From an uncultured virus (IMG/VR IMGVR_UViG_3300025133_005019) (taxonomy: Duplodnaviria > Heunggongvirae > Uroviricota > Caudoviricetes): a stretch of DNA of 57,478 bases. The stretch is from IMG/VR virus record IMGVR_UViG_3300025133_005019; one strand, given 5' to 3'. This document shows, piece by piece, positions 47,273 to 56,634 of the stretch; position 1 is the stretch's first letter; each line of letters opens with the position of its first letter. Under the pieces are notes generated by a model. It was given only the letters and a program-made list of their open reading frames with translations. It ran no database searches and was not told the origin of the DNA. The position numbers and the translations under genes are program-made.

Positions 47273-48642
47273 TTCTTTCGTGCCTTTAATGATTTCTTTG
47301 CAGCATCTTTGGCATGCTTAAACATATCGTTAGCTACATTTTCTAATGCATCGTTACGCTTATCATCAAACGCCATGCCTTCGTCTACGTTCTTTTTATC
47401 ATCTCTTTCTCTAGCTTTAATTTTATCACGTGCCTTTATAATTGCACCAGCTCGCTTCTGAGATTTCTTCTTAAATTTAGGCTTATTTTCTTTATCATAG
47501 CCATAATCAACTGGTACTTGAGCTTGTGACTTAGTATCCAATTCGTCGCGAGAAACACGTGCCTTCTTGACATATTTTTTCAATGTGTCACTTGAAACTT
47601 CGTTTGTCATATCACTATAGTCATCATCGTATCTGCGGAATTCGTCATATGACATATACATATCTGTATCTGGATCGTAGTAACTACCTTCTTTTGGATC
47701 GTAATAAACAACTTTACCACCTCGTGTACTAAATGGACCTTCTAAACCATCACGTGGCTGATATTTGTCGTCCATTGGAGGCAAAATTTTGTAACCTTCA
47801 TCAACGTCATCAACTTTCTTAAACATCGTTTTAATTCGCTTAGAGTGTTGCTTGTGTGCTTCATCATCACGTTCACCCTTTAGTTTCTTGCCATGTGCTT
47901 TTAGTTCATCAGTACTTAGGTCACTAGCAATACTTTTTGCCTTGTCCTTAACCCAATCACTGATTCCTTCATTATAAGATGCAAGAACCTTTTTCGCGGC
48001 GCGTTTTCTTTCCCATTCAGCATCAGCTGGAAGATTTACTGACTTAGCGGCTGACTTGATCCCTTCAATATCAACATTCGGCTTATGCATTTTATAATTT
48101 GTATGCTTATCGCCTGGAATCTTACGATATTCTTCTAACTCGTTGTCAACTGCTACTGGTGCGGTTGGTTCAACTTCTGGGTTCATGGCATTGTATTCAG
48201 TGTAACGACGCACTGCTTCCATATCTCCACTTGCTGCAATAATCTTTGCTTGTATCCATGGCTGCAAATCATCACGATCATCAATCATGCCATGTAATGC
48301 AATTGCATCTTTAGCTAAGAAGTATAATTGGCTGCGGGCCATAAAGCCATCTTCATCATCACCGTCAAGAACTCCTTCAGTTAAATTATTAGCGTCTAAG
48401 GATTGACTTTCATCCTGTTCTCCATATAAATCTAGATGTGCTACAGCACCCATATGCCCGTCTTCTAACAGCGCATATAGATCATCAAATGATTCGTTAA
48501 TCTTGTTAAGCCAAGAAATATCTCCGCCTACCTCTATAATAGCCTTTTCTAAATTCTTACCTGGCTTGAAAGCCTTTTGTAATCTGATTATTTCATCCAT
48601 TGCTCGATGGAAAGTGTTTTGAATTTTATTCTCTGTGCTCAT
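47269..48642 (-). CDS. Putative internal head polyprotein
   Basis: Repeated INE/LTE/LEE/YNE/VDE/TNE sites separating charged segments. Confidence 0.7.
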   Translation of the reverse strand: MSTENKIQNTFHRAMDEIIRLQKAFKPGKNLEKAIIEVGGDISWLNKINESFDDLYALLEDGHMGAVAHLDLYGEQDESQSLDANNLTEGVLDGDDEDGFMARSQLYFLAKDAIALHGMIDDRDDLQPWIQAKIIAASGDMEAVRRYTEYNAMNPEVEPTAPVAVDNELEEYRKIPGDKHTNYKMHKPNVDIEGIKSAAKSVNLPADAEWERKRAAKKVLASYNEGISDWVKDKAKSIASDLSTDELKAHGKKLKGERDDEAHKQHSKRIKTMFKKVDDVDEGYKILPPMDDKYQPRDGLEGPFSTRGGKVVYYDPKEGSYYDPDTDMYMSYDEFRRYDDDYSDMTNEVSSDTLKKYVKKARVSRDELDTKSQAQVPVDYGYDKENKPKFKKKSQKRAGAIIKARDKIKARERDDKKNVDEGMAFDDKRNDALENVANDMFKHAKDAAKKSLKARKK

Positions 48643-48647
48643 AGTCG

Positions 48648-48947
48648 TTACCTTTTTTCAATGCCACGACTGTTCTTACCGCCGCGTTTTCTAATCGTTT
48701 CTAATTCGTCGTACGTATCTGATATTGCTTTTAAAAGTACTTGCACCAGACCTTTGTTAAGGTCATATTGAACACTTTCCCAATCTCCACGATTTGAACG
48801 TTCTGCAAGTTCTGCAAACATCTTAGCTACTTTAGCTTCAATTTGCTTTAATTTTAATCTACCATAACCTTGTACTAATACTTCAGGGTTATTTGGCTCA
48901 TTTGGGTCCATTTCATAAATTGATTCAGTAATATACTCTATTCTCAT
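48648..48947 (-). CDS. Putative internal head protein
   Basis: MRIEYITE start. Confidence 0.65.
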   Translation of the reverse strand: MRIEYITESIYEMDPNEPNNPEVLVQGYGRLKLKQIEAKVAKMFAELAERSNRGDWESVQYDLNKGLVQVLLKAISDTYDELETIRKRGGKNSRGIEKR

Positions 48948-49141
48948 TTTATTTTAACCTCTTTGTTGTATCCAGTTGGTTGCTTTTTACGTTTGCCATT
49001 GCCTAGATATCCCTTAGGATCAACCGCACGCCTAATCATTTTTTCTTTGCCGAATAAAGGAAAACTAACACTAGCAACATTGCCAGCCATTGAAGTTCCT
49101 GCGTCGGCATCTTCATGTAATATTATATCAGATATTTTCAT
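48944..49141 (-). CDS. Putative internal head protein
   Basis: MKISDIILHED start; TAAATAC just upstream. Confidence 0.65.
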   Translation of the reverse strand: MKISDIILHEDADAGTSMAGNVASVSFPLFGKEKMIRRAVDPKGYLGNGKRKKQPTGYNKEVKIK

Positions 49142-49171
49142 ACTTGTATTTAGCACTTTATGCTATTTTAT

Positions 49172-49423
49172 CTAGCTTGTGCCTGCTCCCTTTCCCTTAT
49201 CGTCATCAATATTCTTTAATATTGCCTTGTTTAATCTTCTATCAGCTTTTTTGCTACTAGTTTTAATTTTTTGCTTCTTAGCTCTAACTCGACGTTCCTT
49301 GTGAATATCTAGCTCCCTGCTTTCGTCTACATTTGCATACACACGGGCATCTTCAGTTGCAACATCATTCATTGGACCTTCTAATTCTTCAAGGTCATGT
49401 GGATCAAAGTTTTTTCTTGCCAT
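49172..49423 (-). CDS. Small basic hypothetical protein
   Basis: TAAATAC upstream; K/R-rich. Confidence 0.6.
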   Translation of the reverse strand: MARKNFDPHDLEELEGPMNDVATEDARVYANVDESRELDIHKERRVRAKKQKIKTSSKKADRRLNKAILKNIDDDKGKGAGTS

Positions 49424-49431
49424 AATAGTAT

Positions 49432-49827
49432 TTATTGATTATTGTGATATACTATTCGCATATTAGCCTTTTCAGCTACACGCAAACTAGCACGGTTTTG
49501 TGGATTGATGAAGCACCATAGTTGCTTATCACTAAATTTTTCTTTAATTAATTGCATTGCAAATGTAGCAACACCAGCATTGCGCCAATTCTTATGTACT
49601 ACATATGCGGTTTCTTGGTCTTCTTTAATTTCAATTGCACCAATTAATGAACCTGGACAGTCGCCACCAGTCCAAATCCCCCAAGTATTATAATTGTTTA
49701 TGAAATTTGTGGCTATCTCTCTAGTGAATGGCCATTCAATATTCGCAGCCATTGCAGTTTCTTTGTCCATAACTGCTGTTAGTTTATATAGATCTCTTAT
49801 TTCTAAACGCTTGACTTCAATATGCAT
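49432..49827 (-). CDS. GNAT acetyltransferase (RimJ/RimL-like)
   Basis: WRNAGVAT, NPQNRASLRVAEK. Confidence 0.82.
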   Translation of the reverse strand: MHIEVKRLEIRDLYKLTAVMDKETAMAANIEWPFTREIATNFINNYNTWGIWTGGDCPGSLIGAIEIKEDQETAYVVHKNWRNAGVATFAMQLIKEKFSDKQLWCFINPQNRASLRVAEKANMRIVYHNNQ

Positions 49828-49841
49828 ATTAAGTTTATCTG

Positions 49842-50057
49842 CTATTTTATTGTTTTCTTGAGCCATAAGTAAATTGCATATACGGATAACAGATATATTG
49901 TTGCAATACCTACATCTACAATATGCTCACGCATGTGATAAATAAATTCTATTCCCGCTTGAACATCACCTTCAGGTCCTGCACTTTCAACTATTACTGT
50001 TTTAGTAAAGTCTCCACCTACATCACCAACTGTTTGTTCCATATTTAATCCGTTCAT
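49842..50057 (-). CDS. Small membrane protein
   Basis: C-terminal TM. Confidence 0.55.
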   Translation of the reverse strand: MNGLNMEQTVGDVGGDFTKTVIVESAGPEGDVQAGIEFIYHMREHIVDVGIATIYLLSVYAIYLWLKKTIK

Positions 50058-50061
50058 AATG

Positions 50062-51117
50062 TTATTTGCTCTTCTGTTCTGCGGTAGCAACTAATCTAAT
50101 ATCTTTACCATGTGCATGTGATAATTGATCTATTTCTGCTGCCTTGGCCTTGGCCATCTTTATTAGATTCTTATGTTGTTCATCACCATCGTATTCACCC
50201 TTACGCAATGCTAAATTTATTTTGAATAATTCACTCTGTAACTTGGTATTTTGCTCTGTGTCAAAATATACATCTTCATCGGGATCAGCCGCTGGGTCCC
50301 ATTGAAAAAACTCGTCAGTCTTTGGATTCCAGGCATACACAAATACACCAGGTATTTTTGCTAACTTTGCCCACAACATCTTGCTGCCTGTTGATTGTTG
50401 GTAGTCACTTACAATTGTTTTTTTCCATTTTTTAATTGCAAATTCATACAATCTTGGACCCATGCCCAATCCTTGTATTTCTTTATCAAAGAACACTGTA
50501 CTCTTGTGTGTTCCTGTATTTGAATCATGTTGCAATCTAAATTCGCCTAAGAATCCTTCGCTATTCGGGTCTTTTATTAATAGTACAAAGTCATCATTAT
50601 CATCTTCAATAACCCAAATTTCATATTTGCCTATTCGTTCACCAGATGGCTCAGCAGCACCGATCATGCTATCAAAATCATATCTATCAGCGTCATCTTT
50701 TTTAACACCTTGCCCGCCGGCATTTTCAATTTCATTTAGTTGTGCTATTGCAATACTGACATCTTCTTTAGTGATTTCATATCGTTTGCCATGCGCTTTA
50801 ATTTGTCGTCCTACTAGCAATCTAAGCATATTATTTAATTTATTAATATCTCTTTCTTGATCCAAATAATCAGCAAGTATATCTTTAATATACGGAATAA
50901 TATTAGCTCTAGTTAATACTAGATTAGATGATTCAGTTAATCCCAAATTAAATGCTTGATTGGGTGTTGCGCCAGGCACACCAATAGGCTTTGGTTTACC
51001 GTTACCACCAAAAAACTTTTTAGCTTCTTTCTCAGTTTGTCCCAACTTAACATCTACTGTAGTATTAACACCAGGAACGATAACACCATCTTCATTTAAA
51101 ATTTCATTTATTTTCAT
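50062..51117 (-). CDS. Putative internal head protein with GNAT domain
   Basis: MKINEILNEDG start; IQGLGMGPRLY...SDYQQSTGSKMLW. Confidence 0.7.
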   Translation of the reverse strand: MKINEILNEDGVIVPGVNTTVDVKLGQTEKEAKKFFGGNGKPKPIGVPGATPNQAFNLGLTESSNLVLTRANIIPYIKDILADYLDQERDINKLNNMLRLLVGRQIKAHGKRYEITKEDVSIAIAQLNEIENAGGQGVKKDDADRYDFDSMIGAAEPSGERIGKYEIWVIEDDNDDFVLLIKDPNSEGFLGEFRLQHDSNTGTHKSTVFFDKEIQGLGMGPRLYEFAIKKWKKTIVSDYQQSTGSKMLWAKLAKIPGVFVYAWNPKTDEFFQWDPAADPDEDVYFDTEQNTKLQSELFKINLALRKGEYDGDEQHKNLIKMAKAKAAEIDQLSHAHGKDIRLVATAEQKSK

Positions 51118-51467
51118 TTCCACTTATCCCATACTTCTTGTGCTCTGCCCTGTTTGATTAAATCGTATTCATTTGGATATTCAGACTTAAATCTATCTCG
51201 AATGTTATAGATTGCATCAAATTCTTTATTGTCTAGATAGGCTGGCTTAAACATTTTCGCCATCCATTTGGGCGTATTAATATATTTTCCTAAATCAAGA
51301 TGCTGTGGATTACGATCAAAAAATCTTGTTACTGATGCATCATCATCTGGATCATAACCATGTTTTCTTAGGAATGGTTCAATATCATCTATTTGCGTTC
51401 TAGCCTGATTATAAAATTGTTTCCAATTTTGTTCCTCGGTTAAATCTGTAATTTCATTAATTCTCAT
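51114..51467 (-). CDS. Putative internal head protein
   Basis: MRINEITDLTEE start. Confidence 0.65.
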   Translation of the reverse strand: MRINEITDLTEEQNWKQFYNQARTQIDDIEPFLRKHGYDPDDDASVTRFFDRNPQHLDLGKYINTPKWMAKMFKPAYLDNKEFDAIYNIRDRFKSEYPNEYDLIKQGRAQEVWDKWK

Positions 51468-51660
51468 TTTTCTTATCAATCAATTTTACTATTCTTGGTT
51501 TGAATAGTTTTTGATCGCCTTTGGTTGTTTTTAACACTGGCTGATTATTCTCATCTGTTGCAAACCCTGTAACTACTGCTTTACGGTTTTTAAATTTGCC
51601 TACTAATATTTCATCTCCGATTTCAATATCAGGCAATTTCAATATATCTTTAATTTTCAT
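51457..51660 (-). CDS. Small SH3-like protein
   Basis: MKIKDIL; IEIGDEILVGKFKN...NNQP. Confidence 0.65.
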   Translation of the reverse strand: MKIKDILKLPDIEIGDEILVGKFKNRKAVVTGFATDENNQPVLKTTKGDQKLFKPRIVKLIDKKNEN

Positions 51661-51666
51661 CGTCAG

Positions 51667-51882
51667 TTAATTCCCGGTCCAGTTATACTCTTTGCATTCT
51701 ACGGTATATGATGCAATTTTGTTTGGTAAATCATCTTCATAACTTTCCATTGTTTTTTCTAAAAATGCTTTTCGTTGTTCACATACTTCCAAGCTTTGTT
51801 GTTGTGTTGGGTGCCAACCGTCAATATATATTTCTTCACCATTATGAGTTGTAAATAAGATAACTAGCAACCAAAACTTCAT
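51667..51882 (-). CDS. Small exported protein
   Basis: Hydrophobic N-terminus, two Cys. Confidence 0.6.
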   Translation of the reverse strand: MKFWLLVILFTTHNGEEIYIDGWHPTQQQSLEVCEQRKAFLEKTMESYEDDLPNKIASYTVECKEYNWTGN

Positions 51883-53102
51883 ATATATTCTCCAAGTTCC
51901 TCAGGCACACCAATATCTTGTACAACATGATTTGTTGCGAAGTCCGTAAATATTTTAGTCTGTACGTCTGGACTATAAGTTTTCTTTACTGCATCAACTA
52001 ATGTTTCAAGACTATACAAAGCATCTGCGCTTCCTAAATTTAAAATTTCAGCAATTTCATCTGCTGTTTTCCATGGCCCTTGAATAATTTTGTTATTATT
52101 TTTCTTAGTATATCCACCACCACTCTTTTTGGGTACTGGAGTACGTTCTACACGAATAAGACCATCAGATGGGCTCCACATAAAACGTTCAAGTTTAACA
52201 GGGCGACCATCATCTATTTGTTCTGGGCTAGCTACTACGTCTTTATTTCCAGCAATGCATGATAACATAATGTTACGGAATACGCCCTTATACTTACTAT
52301 GTTTGCCATCATCTCTCAATCCTTTTTCATGAGGTGAATGGTAATACGTTTTCATCCATCCTGGCTCACCAGGCATAAAATCTACTTGTACTAAGCCAGT
52401 CCGTGCAACACCATTTTGTGGTTGATACTTACCGTCATAATTTTGAATAGGTACTACTGTCATAAACACGCTGCTTTTTTTAACTTCTCGTATACTTGGC
52501 GCCGCTTCTAATTTCTTACCAAATTCTGCTAAATCTTCTGGATCAATATTAATTGCTACATCAATGTCACCACTAAACTTCTTTTTGCCTACACTGCCCA
52601 ATACATTATTGCGTAAATCTATACCTAATTCTTGTTCTAATTTCATTAATGTTGGTACAATTTCAGCAATGTGTATAGGGCCAACGCCTGGCATTGCACC
52701 ACCTTCCATTATGGTTGATTCAACAGCAAATTCTCTATTGGATGTTTTAAAGTTTTTCTTGCGCATAATTGTTTTGGCAATTAAATCTAATTCGTTGTTT
52801 CTGCTATCCCATCGCAATGCAAACGGCAAGTTAATATCAGTTGCCATATCTTTCATTACTGCTTCTGCATCTGGTCCTAACTGTGCAATTGGTTTACCCC
52901 AGCGTTTGAATTCTTGTTTGAATAATCGTGTTAACTCTGACATTGTAATTTGCCTTACATTACGTTCATCATTTACACGATCCAAGAAATGACGAGTAAA
53001 TTCTATATCAATTCCTACTTTTGCAAATAACTTGTCTGCAAAACGTTCTAATTGCTGCATGTCAGCATTGGTTACTTTGTTGTCTACTTCATTTATTCTC
53101 AT
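51879..53102 (-). CDS. Two-domain putative head protein: RelE/BECR-like domain plus Pol-beta nucleotidyltransferase
   Basis: MRINEV; FTRHFLDR...AKTIMRK; AVE/IME junction; LGSVGKKKFSGDIDVA...VQVDFM. Confidence 0.7.
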   Translation of the reverse strand: MRINEVDNKVTNADMQQLERFADKLFAKVGIDIEFTRHFLDRVNDERNVRQITMSELTRLFKQEFKRWGKPIAQLGPDAEAVMKDMATDINLPFALRWDSRNNELDLIAKTIMRKKNFKTSNREFAVESTIMEGGAMPGVGPIHIAEIVPTLMKLEQELGIDLRNNVLGSVGKKKFSGDIDVAINIDPEDLAEFGKKLEAAPSIREVKKSSVFMTVVPIQNYDGKYQPQNGVARTGLVQVDFMPGEPGWMKTYYHSPHEKGLRDDGKHSKYKGVFRNIMLSCIAGNKDVVASPEQIDDGRPVKLERFMWSPSDGLIRVERTPVPKKSGGGYTKKNNNKIIQGPWKTADEIAEILNLGSADALYSLETLVDAVKKTYSPDVQTKIFTDFATNHVVQDIGVPEELGEYI

Positions 53103-53105
53103 TTC

Positions 53106-53330
53106 TTAATCCTGTTTTGGCGTCGGGTTTTCACCTGTTATCTTTGGCTTTGCAAACCAAAGTTTAAACCACTCATCTGTGCCTGGCTTGATTTTGTGCT
53201 TTCGTTGATACTCGCCTTTATCACTAGCAACTATACTAATATTGGATTCGTCATCATCATTGACTTCATTGCCCTCGCGGTCAATAATACCAGCAAGGCG
53301 CTTTAATTTGTATATTTCATCCATGCGCAT
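53106..53330 (-). CDS. Small phage protein
   Basis: LKRLAGI...IKPGTDEWFKLWF; TATAAATAC upstream. Confidence 0.7.
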   Translation of the reverse strand: MRMDEIYKLKRLAGIIDREGNEVNDDDESNISIVASDKGEYQRKHKIKPGTDEWFKLWFAKPKITGENPTPKQD

Positions 53331-53370
53331 TTAAATACCCTCTTATAGAGTATTTATACAAAAACTTATT

Positions 53371-53775
53371 TTAATTATTGGATTTGGTAAGTTGCAGTTC
53401 TAAATTTAAAATAAAATTTTCAACAAGTAACCGTGTAATAGTACTCATTAAAATAATATCTCGATTGCTTCCAGATTGAGTTGTATATAATTCTAAAACG
53501 TGGCTTGCCATTAATTTATATGATGTCATTTCATCTAAATTCAGGCCACTAAAATCAAGTGGTTCGTCACTTGATGCTTGTGCAAGTTCGGCTAATTCAG
53601 TTACTGATGGCATGAGATTCATCCTTATTTTATTTTTGGTTGTTTTGGGTTGGTATATATTAATACCGTTTCCTTCTGAAGACTGTCTTGGAAGGACTGT
53701 TTTGATATTGGCTGTACCTTTACGTTTTGCGTCGTTGCCGTCACACTTGATATCTTGCCAATCTTCATAGTCCAT
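53371..53775 (-). CDS. Hypothetical protein
   Basis: ORF track. Confidence 0.6.
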   Translation of the reverse strand: MDYEDWQDIKCDGNDAKRKGTANIKTVLPRQSSEGNGINIYQPKTTKNKIRMNLMPSVTELAELAQASSDEPLDFSGLNLDEMTSYKLMASHVLELYTTQSGSNRDIILMSTITRLLVENFILNLELQLTKSNN

Positions 53776-53815
53776 GTGCTTGGTGATATTCGCATAATAT
53801 TTACACTCCTTTATA

Positions 53816-54106
53816 CTACTTAACTATCTTAGATTTATTTAGATGGCCAAATTTTAATTCATATGTCATTGCATTTAACTTATTAAAATCAGCATATATG
53901 TTCATTTCAATCTCATATAAATTTGTTTTAATTACATTCCAAAATATGTATTCGGCATTTTCTTCTACCCAGTTGCCAGGCTGTGTTTGTAAAAACTCTT
54001 CCATTGGAAGAAGTTTAATAGGAGTTTGAAAAAGATCACCTAGCGTTGAAGTCTTTAATGTCCACACTACTCTGCGTTCAAATTGACTTTCATCTAGGGA
54101 GTTCAT
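53816..54106 (-). CDS. Hypothetical protein
   Basis: ORF track. Confidence 0.6.
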   Translation of the reverse strand: MNSLDESQFERRVVWTLKTSTLGDLFQTPIKLLPMEEFLQTQPGNWVEENAEYIFWNVIKTNLYEIEMNIYADFNKLNAMTYELKFGHLNKSKIVK

Positions 54107-54208
54107 TGATTATTACCAGAACTTGCGTTCAAGCATAAACAAAACTACTATTACTATTGAAATTACTATATATGTTATATTATCACTCATTGTTAACTCC
54201 TTAAATTT

Positions 54209-55192
54209 TTATTTATATCCTATTAACATAAACCTTGTATAGTTGGCTAATTTTATTTCTAGTTCTCCTTTATATAATATATCCATTGGCGCTGATGCAA
54301 CAAACTCTTTAAGGTCTTTAACACAATTAATATGTTCTTCTACTTCATAATAATTATTGCTTTGTAGTATAACTAGTTTACCATCTGGTATTAGTTCATA
54401 CCATTTTGCAAAGTTCTCAATATGTTCGCAACTTGTATTGATAATTGTATTTGGAATATCTGTAATTGGATAGCTCATTCTATTATTAGCGTTACTCCAG
54501 TATTGCCAAGTATGTTCATTGTAATCTATGTCCATAATATCTTGTGTTAAAGACTTAAACTGCCAATCGTTTTTGAACCAGGGCTTATTAAATACTTCTG
54601 CAATGTCTACACATGTATCGTCAATGTCAAAAGATCTAACTTTATCTATGTTAATGTTACTCTCAAATAACATTGTAGCAAGTGTTGCATACCATCCTGC
54701 GCACAAAAATACAGTTCCTAAATCAACTTTAGTTTTTTGTAATTCTTCTACTAACCATAGTTTGCTTTCTAATTGACCACGACTAAAACAATCATCCCAT
54801 ATTTTTGTTTCATTAACAAAAAAGTTTTTAAATGCCACAACAAATTGTGTGTCAATATATCTGTCAAGAATAGGCCAAAGTTTCCATGTATTATCTTCTA
54901 ATACAAGTTTTCGCAAATCTTCGTCATCAACTAACCTAAAAATACTGTGCAAGTTTTCTTCAATAACTGCTTTTCTTAAATCTTCAATGTCACCAGTCAC
55001 ATTGCCTTGTATTAATCTAAAAATACTATGCAAGTTTTTTTCAATAACTGCTTTGCGCAATTCTTCGTCGCCGTTAGTTAATCTAAACAAACTACTTAGA
55101 TCGTTATCAATATAAAATCTACGTAAATCAGATAGATTGCTGTTGTCAGCATACAACAATTCTAGTCTATCTAATAATTCAAACGTCTGCAT
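54209..55192 (-). CDS. Class I SAM methyltransferase-like protein with N-terminal repeats
   Basis: GQLESKLWL, CAGWY, SFDID, INTSCEH, LQSNNY; repeated LRKAVIExNLHSIFRL. Confidence 0.78.
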   Translation of the reverse strand: MQTFELLDRLELLYADNSNLSDLRRFYIDNDLSSLFRLTNGDEELRKAVIEKNLHSIFRLIQGNVTGDIEDLRKAVIEENLHSIFRLVDDEDLRKLVLEDNTWKLWPILDRYIDTQFVVAFKNFFVNETKIWDDCFSRGQLESKLWLVEELQKTKVDLGTVFLCAGWYATLATMLFESNINIDKVRSFDIDDTCVDIAEVFNKPWFKNDWQFKSLTQDIMDIDYNEHTWQYWSNANNRMSYPITDIPNTIINTSCEHIENFAKWYELIPDGKLVILQSNNYYEVEEHINCVKDLKEFVASAPMDILYKGELEIKLANYTRFMLIGYK

Positions 55193-55220
55193 CAAATTGT
55201 TCCTGTTCCCATTAATTCTC

Positions 55221-55850
55221 TCATTTTATGTTTAAAAACTTACCAGATTTAATCATTTTTACTATATCTTCAAACTTATCATACATGCTTACTTGAAGAT
55301 AAACTCTAATTCGATTGTCATTCCTAACTCCATGAACTCTTTTCCCGCAGTCCATTAGTGTAGGATGAATAGTTGAATATTGGCAAGTTCCTAGATAGAA
55401 TTCATCATCATGCCCAGGAGCATTTGCTTGTTGGTCTGTGTGGACTAGATGTGCATTTTCACCTAGTATCTCTTCAGAATAGAAGTCTATTCCTACCCCA
55501 CCATCTTCTGGTAGTATAGGAAACATTATTACAGCGTTACGAGAAAAATCTGTGTGTGGTTGAAATTGAAAACCAGGTTGATAAATTGCTAATGCTAAGT
55601 TTCCACTTTCAAGAGTTTTAACAACTGGATTAAACATATCCATTATATTTTTTATTACTGGAAAGTCATGGAACTCTTGGTTTTCATAATCATCACCTGC
55701 TAGTGTTACAGAAGTAAATAAACCGCTGATTGCGTTTTCTCTACTTTCCGAATAATCTAGTGCTAGATGCTTGACTGAATTATAGAAATCTAATAATTCT
55801 AATCGATCGTAAGTTATCTCTTTAATTTCGTAGATTCTATCTTCAAACAT
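55221..55850 (-). CDS. 2OG-Fe(II) oxygenase-like protein
   Basis: PHTD...VHGVRN...R. Confidence 0.7.
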   Translation of the reverse strand: MFEDRIYEIKEITYDRLELLDFYNSVKHLALDYSESRENAISGLFTSVTLAGDDYENQEFHDFPVIKNIMDMFNPVVKTLESGNLALAIYQPGFQFQPHTDFSRNAVIMFPILPEDGGVGIDFYSEEILGENAHLVHTDQQANAPGHDDEFYLGTCQYSTIHPTLMDCGKRVHGVRNDNRIRVYLQVSMYDKFEDIVKMIKSGKFLNIK

Positions 55851-55986
55851 TTAATTTAATCCCTCTAAGAATGTTTCTGCATCTCCTCCCACTGTTGTCC
55901 AAATTCGTAATCTTTAAATTTGCCGGGTATAATATTTCAAATCTGTCTAATAGTTTGAATAGCGAGATTGCTAATTGTGATGACAT
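55851..55986 (-). pseudogene. Remnant resembling the N-terminus of 54209..55192
   Basis: FKLLDRFEILY versus FELLDRLELLY; followed out of frame by WTTVGGDAETFLEGLN*. Confidence 0.55.
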
Positions 55987-56062
55987 GACTTATATGCTGT
56001 ATGTTTATACTGTGATTTATAAGTGTATTATACTATACTGCTACCTAATTGTCAATATAGGA

Positions 56063-56623
56063 TTACATATTATTCAGAACCCATTTTAAGATTTCTTTAT
56101 TTGAGAATTCAGGTGATCGACGATGACTTTCAGTTAAACTATCCCAGTCTCGCAATGCTGGATGTGTCTTTGATGTACTGTTAAAATATGAGCCATAGCG
56201 CCACCCTTCATTGATTTTTTGTTCATACCAACGATTGTGCTGCCATTTCTGCATTTCAGTTATAGCCTGGTTACGGACGTCCTCATCAATATCTATCATA
56301 TTGTTATCAATGTCGCCCATCATACCAGCATCAAAATTACTACTAAGTTCAATATCAAAATCACCGTCATAAAGATATTCCCATGCTTGTAAAATAAATT
56401 GTGTTTCTGATGCTGTATAATCTCTGGTTAATGGTATAACATATGTATGCTGAAATTCACAATCTGCACATATGCCATATTCTACTGCAACAAAACTATC
56501 GCCTTGCTGATAATTATATATTGTATTTGGTGGGCCAAATTGTTCAACGGTTTGATACCATTGGGTAGCAAACTGCGTATCCAATGGTTCTGGTGTTTTT
56601 AATTGAATATGATGTTGATGCAT
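56063..56623 (-). CDS. RyR-domain protein
   Basis: HNRWYEQKINEGWRYG...KTHPALRDWDSL. Confidence 0.8.
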   Translation of the reverse strand: MHQHHIQLKTPEPLDTQFATQWYQTVEQFGPPNTIYNYQQGDSFVAVEYGICADCEFQHTYVIPLTRDYTASETQFILQAWEYLYDGDFDIELSSNFDAGMMGDIDNNMIDIDEDVRNQAITEMQKWQHNRWYEQKINEGWRYGSYFNSTSKTHPALRDWDSLTESHRRSPEFSNKEILKWVLNNM

Positions 56624-56634
56624 AATTAATCCTC

